64,000 nucleotides of DNA from an uncultured delta proteobacterium (GTDB taxonomy: Bacteria; Desulfobacterota; WTBG01): the NCBI GenBank assembly GCA_963751515.1, contig CAVVUR010000004.1:47640-111639 (forward strand), given 5' to 3'. The notes beneath the pieces are model-generated. The model did not search any database, was not told the origin of the DNA, and saw nothing but the letters and a program-made list of their open reading frames with translations. How positions within the stretch are numbered: the stretch's first letter is position 1; every line of letters starts with the position of its first letter. Shown here in pieces: positions 27,560 to 37,274 of the stretch. The position numbers and the translations under genes were made by a program.

Positions 27560-28429
27560 ATGTCCCGGGAATTTGTTGATATTCGCATTCTGGATAATTT
27601 TTATCAAACTTCCAGCTTTTTCCCCATGCCGGTTGTACTGGTCAGCACCCTCAGTGCCTCCGGTGCCACCAACCTGGGCCCATATTCTCTTTGCTTCCCC
27701 TATATCGTGGTGCCCGGAGGGAAAAACCATGCCATGCTCCTGATAGCGCGGAGCGACAGCAACACCGCCCAGAATATTACCAGGTCCAAGGTCTGCGCGC
27801 TTAACTTCATCCCCGACAAGAAGAAGTACATGAAAAACTGCGTCATGCTGGGCTACCCCGGCGAAACCACTGAAGAAAAGATGAAAAACAGCATGTTTAC
27901 GCTTCAACCGTCCACGCGAGGCGGTCCGCTGCCCGAGGGGCTTTCTAAATTTCCTGATATAGTGGGAGAGGCATTTCAGGTGTTTGAGTGTACGTGGGAT
28001 GACCGCTTTCCTCTTCAACCCGTTTCTTCTTCCGGATCTTATCACCTGGTGCTGATGATTGATAAAATTGTCATGGAGAAAAAATGGCGGGATTGCTTGT
28101 TAAAGGGAAAAGGGTTTCCCCGTGTCCCCATTGATTACGGCTATCGTGACAACATCCAGTTCTGGTTCACCAAACACTCCAAGCCTTACGCGCTTCCCGT
28201 TCCCCGGAGCAAGGAGGCATCGGTTGAGGCGGTTAAGTATGCCTGCGACCGCTTTGATCCGGACATTAAGTGGGAGAGGGAAGCATGCGCAAAAATAGTG
28301 AAGGTGCCAAATATATTTTTAAAAAGGGTCATAAAAGGAGTTGTGGAGGCGGCAAGGGCGGAAGGCATCAGCGTAATTACGCCGGAGTTTATGGATAAGG
28401 TGCAGGATAAGCGGTCTTCAGAGAAATAA
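27560..28429 (+). CDS. Flavin-reductase-like split-barrel domain fused to a C-terminal PCP_red-like domain (the type found at the C-terminus of protochlorophyllide reductase subunit B)
   Basis: The N-terminal ...FFPMPVVLVSTLSASGATNLGPYS...CALNFIP...EAFQVFECTW...GSYHLVLMIDKIV follows the Flavin_Reduct pattern. The C-terminal WEREACAKIVKVPNIFLKRVIKGVVEAARAEGISVITPEFMDKV follows W..EA...L.KIP.FVR..VR...E..AR..G...IT.E. Confidence 0.55.
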   Translation: MSREFVDIRILDNFYQTSSFFPMPVVLVSTLSASGATNLGPYSLCFPYIVVPGGKNHAMLLIARSDSNTAQNITRSKVCALNFIPDKKKYMKNCVMLGYPGETTEEKMKNSMFTLQPSTRGGPLPEGLSKFPDIVGEAFQVFECTWDDRFPLQPVSSSGSYHLVLMIDKIVMEKKWRDCLLKGKGFPRVPIDYGYRDNIQFWFTKHSKPYALPVPRSKEASVEAVKYACDRFDPDIKWEREACAKIVKVPNIFLKRVIKGVVEAARAEGISVITPEFMDKVQDKRSSEK

Positions 28430-28462
28430 CACCAAACCTATCAAGGGAAAGGGACTGTAACG

Positions 28463-30421
28463 ATGAAACTTTTGGAACCGGGCTCTATCGGGAAGCTCAA
28501 GGTTAAAAACCGTGTGGTTATGGCAGCAATGGGTGCCCACGGCCTGCATGAAAGTGACGGGAGCTGGGGAAAACGCTATCGTGCCTATTATGGGGCACGG
28601 GCTGCCGGCGGGGTTGGGCTCATTACGACCGAAACCACCTTTGTCACCCAGGCCCTTGAGCCATTCAGCGCGGGACTATTCAACGTGGCTTCTGACAAGC
28701 ACTTGGATTCCATGAGACTGCTTGCCAACACTCTCCATTTCTATGGCTGTAAACTCTGCATTCAGCTGACCGCCGGATTCGGGCGCGTCGTGCCTCCCCC
28801 GGTGGTACCTGAAGGCGTGCTTCCCGTTTCGGCCTCGGTTAACACCCACTATTCACCGGTCATACCAATTGGTCCTGATGCCACGACCAGGGCAATAACC
28901 ACGGAGGAGGCATCAGCCCTTGCCCAGTCCTTTGGTTATGCCGCGATGCGTTGCCGCGAAGGAGGAGCGGATTGTGTCGAGCTTCACGGTCATGAGGGTT
29001 ATTTGCTGGACCAGTTCATGACCCCCCTGTGGAACAGGCGCGACGACCGCTATGGCGGTTCCAGAGAAAAAAGGCTTACTCTGGCCCGGGAAGCGATTGC
29101 GGCCATCAAGCGCGATGCCGGTGAGGATTTTCCGGTTATCTACCGCTTCGGCATCACCCATCACCTTGAAGGCGGACGGGAGGAGGAAGAAGGGTTGTGG
29201 ATTGCTCAAGAGCTGGAAAAAATGGGTGTTGACGCGCTTCATGTCGATGCCGGCTGTTATGAAACGCACTGGTGGCCCCACCCGCCGCAATACTTCCCAC
29301 CGGGTTGCATGGTGGATATCTCTGCAAAGGTTAAAAAGGTCACATCGCTCCCGGTGATTGCCGTTGGCCGGCTCCAGCATCCGCAAGCAGCCGAAAAAGC
29401 ACTGGTGGAAGGCAAGGCCGACTTTATTGCCATCGGAAGGGGGCTTCTCTCCGAACCTGACTGGGTCAATAAAATTGCGGACGGGAAGACCGATGAGCTG
29501 ATTCCCTGCCTGGGATGCCACGAAGGATGCAAGTGGCAGATGATCGCAGGAGAACCGACCAGTTGTGCCATCAATCCCTCCTGCGGCCATGAAATCGATC
29601 GGGCACTTACTCCACTTAAAGACAAAAGGTCGCTGCTGGTGGTCGGCGGCGGGCCGGCCGGGATTGAGGCGGCACGGGTTGGTGCGGCGCGCGGGTTCGA
29701 TGTTACGCTCTGGGAGGCCGCAGACCGGATCGGCGGTAATCTCTGGCCTGCTGCAAAACCTGATTTCAAGTATGATATTGCTGATTATATAAAGTACCTC
29801 GCTGGACTGGTGAAGCGGTTGCCGATCAATCTTGTTCTTAATAAAAAGGCGACTGCAGAGGATGTTCGAAACTTTGGCGCAGACTATGTTATCCTTGCGA
29901 CCGGCGCACAGATGGAAAAGCCTCCCTTCAACAATGGGGCATCAAATAAGGTTTTTAGTGTTATGCAAGTACTAAACGGTGTGGAACCGCAGGGAAACAG
30001 GGTGTTAGTTATGGGAGGCGGCGTAATAGGCTGTGAGACAGCCCTCTACCTGGCACGCAGGGGTAAGCAGGTTACCATTAGCACGAGACGGGATAAAAGT
30101 GCACTGGCGGAAGATCTCTATGACCACAACAATCACGATGTGCTTATCATGATGATGAAGGCAATTGATATTGAGGTGCTTTCAGAGACCGTCCCCATTC
30201 GGATGGAGGATGATGGTGTGCTGGTTGCCCAGGGTGAAGCTGAAAAGAAAATCTCGGTGGACAGCCTTGTATTTTCAGGTCGCATGCTGCCGGAAAACGG
30301 GCTGAGTACATCTCTTGAAGATATGAGCAATGTTTTCAGCGTTGGTGACTGTGTCAATCCTGAACGCATCATGGAAGCCGTCTGGACGGCTTTTAAGATG
30401 GTAAGGGAAATCGAACCGTAA
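28463..30421 (+). CDS. FMN/[4Fe-4S]/FAD ene-reductase (2-enoate reductase / 2,4-dienoyl-CoA reductase architecture), paralogue B
   Basis: 652 aa: MKLLEPGSIGKLKVKNRVVMAAM..., ELHGHEGYLLDQF, RDDRYGGS, CLGCHEGCKWQMIAGEPTSCAINPSCGHE, LLVVGGGPAGIEAA, VLVMGGGVIGCE. Confidence 0.88.
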   Translation: MKLLEPGSIGKLKVKNRVVMAAMGAHGLHESDGSWGKRYRAYYGARAAGGVGLITTETTFVTQALEPFSAGLFNVASDKHLDSMRLLANTLHFYGCKLCIQLTAGFGRVVPPPVVPEGVLPVSASVNTHYSPVIPIGPDATTRAITTEEASALAQSFGYAAMRCREGGADCVELHGHEGYLLDQFMTPLWNRRDDRYGGSREKRLTLAREAIAAIKRDAGEDFPVIYRFGITHHLEGGREEEEGLWIAQELEKMGVDALHVDAGCYETHWWPHPPQYFPPGCMVDISAKVKKVTSLPVIAVGRLQHPQAAEKALVEGKADFIAIGRGLLSEPDWVNKIADGKTDELIPCLGCHEGCKWQMIAGEPTSCAINPSCGHEIDRALTPLKDKRSLLVVGGGPAGIEAARVGAARGFDVTLWEAADRIGGNLWPAAKPDFKYDIADYIKYLAGLVKRLPINLVLNKKATAEDVRNFGADYVILATGAQMEKPPFNNGASNKVFSVMQVLNGVEPQGNRVLVMGGGVIGCETALYLARRGKQVTISTRRDKSALAEDLYDHNNHDVLIMMMKAIDIEVLSETVPIRMEDDGVLVAQGEAEKKISVDSLVFSGRMLPENGLSTSLEDMSNVFSVGDCVNPERIMEAVWTAFKMVREIEP

Positions 30422-30433
30422 AATGAGACCTGT

Positions 30434-31228
30434 ATGAATTCCCCCAAGATTGCCATGCTCGCACCCATGTGGGGGTTGATGTTCCTCTGGCTTGCTCTGG
30501 TAGCTGTTTCCGGTGTGCTGGCCTACCGGACGTGGCGGAGGACGGTCGGTGCCATGAGAACGCAGTTGTTATATCTATCGGTAGGATCCGCGATCGTATT
30601 TGTCGGTGATCTTCTCCACACCATTGCCTTTACCGTCAGCACCTACACCGGCGTACCGACCGGTCCGGTACATATTCTGGGAAGTGTTTTCGAATTTCGC
30701 ACCTTTGCCATGTTTTTTGATGCGCTCGCGTTCATGGTCTATTATGCGCTGTGGGCCCTCTTCATCGTTGCACGGTATCAACAAGGAAGCCTAGCCTTCT
30801 ACGACAAAGTCACCCTGGTTCTGGCAGTGACGTCTATGGCACTTATACTTCCCGGGGTAATTCCCAATGCCCTGGGTGTCTACTCACTGGATTATAACAT
30901 TGCAATCTGGGCGCCACACATGATCCTTTTCATTGTCTTTGGTGTAATGACGGTCTGGAAGCTGATTAGCTGTTCCCAATATGCCTTCAAACAAGCATCC
31001 GGCGTGGTAACGCACACCCAGGAAAGGGCGCTGACAATTGCGGGAATCGGATTCGCCTTCTCATTCTTATTCTTCACCCTTTTCCTGTTGTTAACCACAC
31101 TTAAAAGCGAGCCGGGCATTTGCATGATTCTTAAAACGTTTGCTTACATGCTTGCCTTTTTTTATCTGATTAAGGGATTTATCCTTCCTGCGCAAACGTT
31201 TCAAGTGACTGCTAATAGATCTGGTTAG
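30434..31228 (+). CDS. Seven-transmembrane-segment membrane protein of unknown family
   Basis: 264 aa. By eye there are seven hydrophobic stretches, at about aa 5-30, 45-68, 86-113, 125-147, 155-178, 199-223 and 230-252. The gene starts 13 nt after the ene-reductase stop. Confidence 0.65.
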   Translation: MNSPKIAMLAPMWGLMFLWLALVAVSGVLAYRTWRRTVGAMRTQLLYLSVGSAIVFVGDLLHTIAFTVSTYTGVPTGPVHILGSVFEFRTFAMFFDALAFMVYYALWALFIVARYQQGSLAFYDKVTLVLAVTSMALILPGVIPNALGVYSLDYNIAIWAPHMILFIVFGVMTVWKLISCSQYAFKQASGVVTHTQERALTIAGIGFAFSFLFFTLFLLLTTLKSEPGICMILKTFAYMLAFFYLIKGFILPAQTFQVTANRSG

Positions 31229-31303
31229 TTCATTGTTACATTTATTGCATCTATACATTGATTAAAAAAAGATTGTAAACAATAACCAGCTGGAGGAATG
31301 CCC

Positions 31304-32032
31304 ATGTCAGAAGAAAATTATATTTTTCCGCCCTATGACGAGGAGATAGCCACTATCATAAAAAAATTCGGTGGAGAACGAATGGAAACATACCAGGGGG
31401 ATGATATCAGACCCCTCTGGGACCTGAAAGGGGAAGGGCTGAATTGGAGTTTTAAGTATCTCTATGCAGCCCCGAAGCTGGAAAAAATAGTCCATGCAAT
31501 ACAATCCTACCGAGATAAACTCATGGTCTATGGAACCATTATCTGGCCCGATGACAAACATGCCTTACCGGTTTTCTCAGCCTTTTGGGCCGAAAGCGCC
31601 AAAGGGAGCTTCTTTCTGCTTGACTTCCATCCTACTGCCGATTGCATCTGCGATATTCCCTATATGGAAAAGTATCTGGAACCGCTTGAGGAGATCTTTT
31701 ACCAAGGAATGGAGTATTATCCCCATCAGGGGCCGGGAAGGAATCCTAACTGGTACCGTGCCCTGCTATCCCCCTATGCACTGTCTGCTGATATCTTCCC
31801 CGGTACGCAAGAGGATCAAAACCGGATATTAGAACTGATGAAAGGGTACCTCACGATATACCATGCCCTCTGGGAAAAAGATGAGCCACAGGATCCCGGG
31901 TACATGAAACCCCTGATTGCTCGCAGAGAGGCCATGAGAACAAATTTGCGGGAAAAGGACCCCGGAGGATACATGATGGAAAAGGCTGTGGGAGAAAAGA
32001 TGGCTGAGTTAAGCATAAGGGCGTACTTTTAA
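31304..32032 (+). CDS. FDBR-fold-like protein, paralogue 2
   Basis: The start is probably the second ATG (31304, 7 nt after GGAGGA), giving MSEENYIFPPYDEE..., which is parallel to MSAEYTFPLYGEK of paralogue 3. Further motifs are ...KLEKIVHAIQSYRDKLMVYGTIIWPDDKHALPVFSAFWAESAKGSFFLLDFHPTADC...EKYLEPLE...REKDPGGYMMEKAVGEKMAELSIRAYF. Confidence 0.55.
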   Translation: MSEENYIFPPYDEEIATIIKKFGGERMETYQGDDIRPLWDLKGEGLNWSFKYLYAAPKLEKIVHAIQSYRDKLMVYGTIIWPDDKHALPVFSAFWAESAKGSFFLLDFHPTADCICDIPYMEKYLEPLEEIFYQGMEYYPHQGPGRNPNWYRALLSPYALSADIFPGTQEDQNRILELMKGYLTIYHALWEKDEPQDPGYMKPLIARREAMRTNLREKDPGGYMMEKAVGEKMAELSIRAYF

Positions 32033-32093
32033 GAGATGCCAAATCAAAAAAAGAAGAGAGGGGTCATTGTAAACAGACCAGGGAGACTATACG

Positions 32094-32639
32094 ATGGAAG
32101 TTCATGAACTGACAGAAGAGGAACGAGAGCGGATGCTTGATGAGGCTTTCAAAATGATGAAAGTGGAAAGGAAGCATCCCGCTAAGCATGAACTCGAGGC
32201 AGGGATAATCGATTATCTCTGCAAGAAACATCCCTGTTCACTGGCAACCTGCGGTAAGGATGGAGTACCGCGGATCTCGGTGGTAGATTATATAAATGAC
32301 GGTCTCACTATTTATATCTTCAGCGAGGGCGGCGCCAAGTTTCAAAACATTAAAGAAAATAATAAGGTCGCTGTCGGGATCGGCAGCGGTGCCCGGGCAG
32401 TGAGGACCACCAGAGGTGTTAACATATGGGGTATTGCCGAAGTATTTACCGAAGAAACTCCTGAATTTGCCCATGGCATGAAACTTTTCAGCCCGATTCT
32501 CAAGGATATGGAAGCGGCCATAGGCACTCCGATCGAGATGCCTAAAGGTTTGATGAGGATGATACGGGTCACCCCCATTAAGATAGTTTACAACCACAAT
32601 AAAAAGGGGATTGCAAATGCTTATTGGATAGCAGATTAA
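32094..32639 (+). CDS. PNPOx-like split-barrel FMN-binding family protein
   Basis: ...HPCSLATCGKDGVPRISVVDYINDGLTIYIFSEGGAKFQNIKENNKVAVGIG...VNIWGIAEVFTEE... follows the pattern of the pyridoxamine-5'-phosphate-oxidase / HugZ-type barrel. SD GGGAG. Confidence 0.6.
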   Translation: MEVHELTEEERERMLDEAFKMMKVERKHPAKHELEAGIIDYLCKKHPCSLATCGKDGVPRISVVDYINDGLTIYIFSEGGAKFQNIKENNKVAVGIGSGARAVRTTRGVNIWGIAEVFTEETPEFAHGMKLFSPILKDMEAAIGTPIEMPKGLMRMIRVTPIKIVYNHNKKGIANAYWIAD

Positions 32640-32971
32640 TGGCAATGGTCGGATATCAAAGGCAGAACAAATATTTCCGACAGGACTATAGCAAATGGAT
32701 AATCCCCCCATTTTTTAATCCTGAATTTTGACATACATGCACGACAGAAACTGAAGGGCTTGGTTTATATACAATAAAACATTGTTCTTCTTCACAATAG
32801 AATAAACTGGACGTACACAAACGTATCCCTTAAAATCAAACCATCCATTCAACAAAGGAGGGGATAGGGATGAGATATACGTTTTGTACAAAGCAGAGCA
32901 AACGTTTGACACGGCTGGCGTCATTGGTGATGACTGTCTGCCGGGCAGTTGCTGTAAATGTAATTTTCACT

Positions 32972-34732
32972 ATGAAAAGAATGCAGTTTCTCATTTATTG
33001 TAACATCCTTATGCTTATGCTGGTAGCGATGTTTGGGTGTGTGCCATACCCGGAGAGTGGACCTGCTGATCTTGTAATCAAGAATGCGAAAGTTGTTACG
33101 GTTGATAAGGAAAATCCGCAAGCCGAGGCCGTCGCGTTTGTTGGAGAGTTTATTGTAGACGTCACTTCCAACCGGAACATTGCAAAGTACATTCAAAAAG
33201 GAAAGACGGAAGTTATTGATGCCGGGGGGAGACTTGTCATACCCGGATTCAACGATGCTCATGCGCATTTTTCATCCGTTAACCTAGATTTCATTGACCT
33301 CAGGTATATCACCGATCCGGATATCATTACAGAAAAGGTGCGGGACAAGATAGCTGTATCCCAACCGGGAGAGCTTATCATGGGTGGTAACTGGGACCAC
33401 GAGATGTTTCCCGATAAAAGGTGGCCAACCAAAGAGTTGATCGATCCTGTTTCTCCTGACAACCCCGTGCTACTCTTCCGGACGGATTACCACTCGGTAT
33501 TGGTTAACAGCTATGTGTTAAGGAATTCGGGAATAACCAAGGAGACACCCGATCCGGAGGGCGGAGAGATTCAGAGAGACAGTGTGACAGGAGAGCCTAC
33601 AGGCATACTCAAGGAAGCGGCAAAGGGGTTGATTATAACCGGTGAAATACCGGTTGAAAGAACTGAAGAGGAGAAGAAACAACGCCTGATTGAAGGTTGG
33701 AAGGCAGCATTTAGGATGGCTGCTGAACTTGGTGTGACAAGTATTCAGCATCCGGGAGAGGGAGACGCTGAATTTTACCAGGAATGGTTTGACCAGGGAA
33801 TGCTCACGTGCCGGATAGATGTTGCCGGTCGGCTTACTAACAATACAGACGACCTGGAAAAATACAATGAGTTGAGAGAGAAATATCCACCCGAAGGAAA
33901 CTGGATCCGTTTCGGATACCTGAAAGGGCAAATTGATGGGACACTGGGTTCAGCTACCTGTATGCTTTATGAACCGTTCATCGGTGACCCGGATAATACC
34001 GGTTTATCTCAGATGACCTATGAAGAGCTGGAACAGAAAGTGGTAACATGCGACAGTATGGGATTCCAGATCGGAATACATGCCATTGGCGATAAGGCCA
34101 ATACCTGGATCCTGAATGCTTTTGAAAAAGCAGCCGAAGCAAACGGCTGGAGGGATAGCAGACACCGTAGTGAACACGCTCAGATCCTTATTGAAGAAGA
34201 TATTCCCAGGTTTGCACAACTAGGTGTCATCGCTTCCATGCAACCCACCCACTGCATAACAGATAAACGGTTTTGTGAAAAACGGATTGGTATGGAACGA
34301 TCTCAGTATGCATATGCCTGGAGGAGTTTATTGGATGCAGGTGCTAAGATTGCTTTTGGAACCGATTATCCTGTTGAACCACTCAATCCAATGGAAGGAT
34401 TATATGCAGCCGTTACCCGCAAAGACCGTATGGGAGAGGAAGGTGATGGCTGGTTCCCGGAACAGAAACTGACCATGGAAGAAGCCATTGAGCTCTATAC
34501 CCGTGGGGCAGCATATGTTCAATTCATGGAGAACAGGAAGGGCGTGATCAAAAAAGGTTATCTGGGGGATGTTGTTATTGTAAACCAGGATCTGATGGCC
34601 ATCCCTGAAGAAGATATCATGAAGACGACGGTGGATTATACCATAGTCGGAGGTAAGGTGGTTTTTAAAAGGAACGACACTGGCCGACTGAATTGTCCCC
34701 GATACTTAATCTCATCTAACCTCCTCTTCTGA
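32972..34732 (+). CDS. Amidohydrolase-3 family metal-dependent hydrolase, lipoprotein
   Basis: The likely start is the ATG at 32972, giving MKRMQFLIYCNILMLMLVAMFGC (lipobox). This is followed by ...GGRLVIPGFNDAHAHF (HxH), ...IGIHAIGD..., ...RSEHAQ... and ...AFGTDYPVEP... Confidence 0.8.
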   Translation: MKRMQFLIYCNILMLMLVAMFGCVPYPESGPADLVIKNAKVVTVDKENPQAEAVAFVGEFIVDVTSNRNIAKYIQKGKTEVIDAGGRLVIPGFNDAHAHFSSVNLDFIDLRYITDPDIITEKVRDKIAVSQPGELIMGGNWDHEMFPDKRWPTKELIDPVSPDNPVLLFRTDYHSVLVNSYVLRNSGITKETPDPEGGEIQRDSVTGEPTGILKEAAKGLIITGEIPVERTEEEKKQRLIEGWKAAFRMAAELGVTSIQHPGEGDAEFYQEWFDQGMLTCRIDVAGRLTNNTDDLEKYNELREKYPPEGNWIRFGYLKGQIDGTLGSATCMLYEPFIGDPDNTGLSQMTYEELEQKVVTCDSMGFQIGIHAIGDKANTWILNAFEKAAEANGWRDSRHRSEHAQILIEEDIPRFAQLGVIASMQPTHCITDKRFCEKRIGMERSQYAYAWRSLLDAGAKIAFGTDYPVEPLNPMEGLYAAVTRKDRMGEEGDGWFPEQKLTMEEAIELYTRGAAYVQFMENRKGVIKKGYLGDVVIVNQDLMAIPEEDIMKTTVDYTIVGGKVVFKRNDTGRLNCPRYLISSNLLF

Positions 34733-34774
34733 TAATAGCAATCGGCATTAATTCCGAATGAAAGGAGGGAGCAC

Positions 34775-37174
34775 ATGTTGAAGAAGCCCTTCCGCCTGTC
34801 AGTTATGCGACGGGCATTTGTCGGGGGTTTTTGCTTTGCCGTTTTGTTCGTTTCGGTCGGCTCGGCACAGCAGCCGGAGATGGAAAAATGGTGGGAAGTC
34901 ACTCCCGAAAAAGAAATCCCATCATCACATTATAATTCCATTCTTTATTCTGAAATCGCGCCGCGCTTACATGAGATTACGGAAAACAGCAGACGGGTTA
35001 TGGTAAAGGTCATGGGGCAATCTGCAGCCGGCCGTGACCTGTACCTGGCCATCGTAGCTGCCCCGGGTGATGAAGGTCGTTTCGGTCACTACCAGAACCT
35101 GCGTCGATTAATGATTCATAACCCGGAAAAAGCGCAGGCGATGATTGACGTGTTTGATGATTTCAAGGTGCCCGTGTTTATTAATGGCAGTATTCATGGC
35201 TTTGAATATCCTGGAACCGACGCTTGTATACGGTTGATTGAAACTTTGGCCTACGATGATTCAGAGGAGGTGCAGGGCATACTTGACAACATTATTCTGC
35301 TGGTGAATGTCTGTCACAACCCGGATGGCCGTGTATTGGGTACACTCAGAATTCCGCGGGTTTTGACCTCAACCGTGACATGCTTACCCAGACCCAGCCG
35401 GAAACCCGGGCTTTGGCGAGGGTCATTGCCCAGTGGAACCCCATGTCTTTTCTTGATCTGCATGGATTTATGTTTTTAAATCCGATGCTGATCGAGCCGT
35501 GCACACCGCCACATAACCCCAATTTTGAGTATGACCTCTTTCTGGAATGGGCCTATGCACAGGCTCTGGCAATGAGTGAAGAATTGTTCGCCCAAACCGA
35601 TGAAACAGCAGTGATAATTCCCTATCGCGATTGGTCTGATGGATGGGATGATTGGCCGCCTATTTATGCGAACCAGTATGCCATGCTGCATGGTGCTTAT
35701 GGACTTCTCCTGGAAACACCGTACCAGGACGAGAGAGGAGTCGATGCCGATTATGCCGCTGTCTGGGGCATGCTCAAATTTATAGTTGAGAACAAAAAAG
35801 AGATGATCCGCGACCACATTGAAATCTACCGACGCGGCTTCTTCGACCTGCCGCAGGTCCTGATACCGGATACGCTCCTGGCGGAGACCCCCTGGGAACA
35901 ATTTAATGAACTAACCATACAGGAGTTTCCCGGCTGCCTACGTTATCCCTGCCGATGTACCATTTCAACAAAGTTCCCACCAGGCCGCCGATTTAATCGA
36001 TTTCCTGTTGTTTAACGGTGTTCAGGTGGATGAGACAACGAGCACGTATTTGATAAACGGAGCGAAATATCCGGCAGGCACCTACATTGTATGGATGGAT
36101 CAACCCAAACGCGGATTGGCCAATACAATTCTCGAAGACGGTATGGATCTGTCCGACATTCAGGGCCTGACCTTTTATTCACCGCCTGCAGCGTGGAGTC
36201 ACCCGCTTCTCTGGGGTGTGACCCGGGTTGTCATGGAAGAAAAGATGGACATCAGAACGCGTCCGGTTATCATGGCTAAATCACCGAAGGGATCGATTGA
36301 TTTCAAACCAGGCAATTTTTTTGCCTATCAGCCCAGCAGCATAGCGGCATTTCAAGCCACGAACCATTTCCTCGCGCAGGGGATCACCGTATTCCGTGCC
36401 ACCGAATCGTTTGCCGATGAATACCATACAGTGACTGCAGGTACTTTCGTTGTCCCTAAAGATTGGGCGCTGGCGTGGGAATTAGTAAATAAGTATAAGC
36501 TGGATATTTTTACTATCAAAGAATTACCGCAAACTGTTATGCAACTGACAAATCGGCGAATTGCAGTATATGCCGATGAGGGCACCACATACTGCTTGCG
36601 GGAGCTGGGATTTGCTTATGAAGAGCTGACCACTTCCGAGCTCAATGCGGGCCTTGCACTTTCCCAGTATGATGTCTTAATCCACAGCAAAAATGGCTGG
36701 CCTAATCTGCTTAATAATACAGGGCAATCGACTTTGAAGCATTTCATTGAGGCCGGTGGTGATTTTATCGGTGCCGGCTCAGGTGGTGCAACTTTTGCGG
36801 AAAGCACAGGACTTTTTGAGATCACTTTTCTGAGTGCAGTGGGAAACGGCATTGTGAACATACAATACGACCGCTTCGACCCGGTAGCGGCTGGATTCCG
36901 TGAAGACAGCTATTCCTTTGTTTACGATCCCGTCTGGTTCTCGGATTTATCGGCTAGATTTAACATCGTTGCCACGCTCGAGGATGGTGACCTCTTTGTC
37001 TCCGGCTACTGGCCTGATTGGAAGAACAGTAATGCAGGCGGTAAGCCAATAATTGTGCGCGCTGAAGAAAATAGGCAGGACATCACGCTCATCGGGAGTG
37101 ATCCCACCTTCCGTGGACATCCCCGTAATGACTTCAGGGTTATAGGCAATGCGATCTATAGTGGATTGGAATAG
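34775..37174 (+). pseudogene. Secreted M14-family zinc carboxypeptidase with a large C-terminal extension, interrupted by two frameshifts
   Basis: Pieces 34775-35479, 35380-36015 and 36008-37174 are co-linear. They contain the signal peptide MLKKPFRLSVMRRAFVGGFCFAVLFVSVGSA, SIHGFEYPG (HxxE), CHNPDGRV, a shift near 35335, then QNSAGFDLNRDMLTQTQPETRA...FLDLHGF. After a shift near 35926-35933 (TTTCCCGG) the sequence continues ...AAYVIPADVPFQQSSHQAADLIDFLLFNGVQV... Confidence 0.75.
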
Positions 37175-37274
37175 CCTGAGGCACAGGATATTTTGAAAAT
37201 CTCGTACGGAAGCTGACCGTGAGGCGAAGACCTGGCATCTGCTGCGTGGGCATTGTAATGATAAGGGCGCGATC

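Noticed and set aside
18814-30421. Naming the two ene-reductases as bilirubin reductase (BilR), as 2-naphthoyl-CoA reductase, or as FadH.
   Set aside because: Only the shared OYE + FeS + FAD architecture is visible. The active-site stretch reads HGHEGYLLDQF, which is generic for the enoate / 2,4-dienoyl-CoA reductase group. Clade assignment needs a phylogeny I cannot run, so I kept the generic ene-reductase call.
30434-31228. The 7-TM protein as a microbial rhodopsin or heliorhodopsin.
   Set aside because: I see no recognisable retinal-pocket motifs (no DTD/NDQ-type helix-3 motif and no conserved helix-7 context around a Schiff-base Lys). The only resemblance is the helix count.
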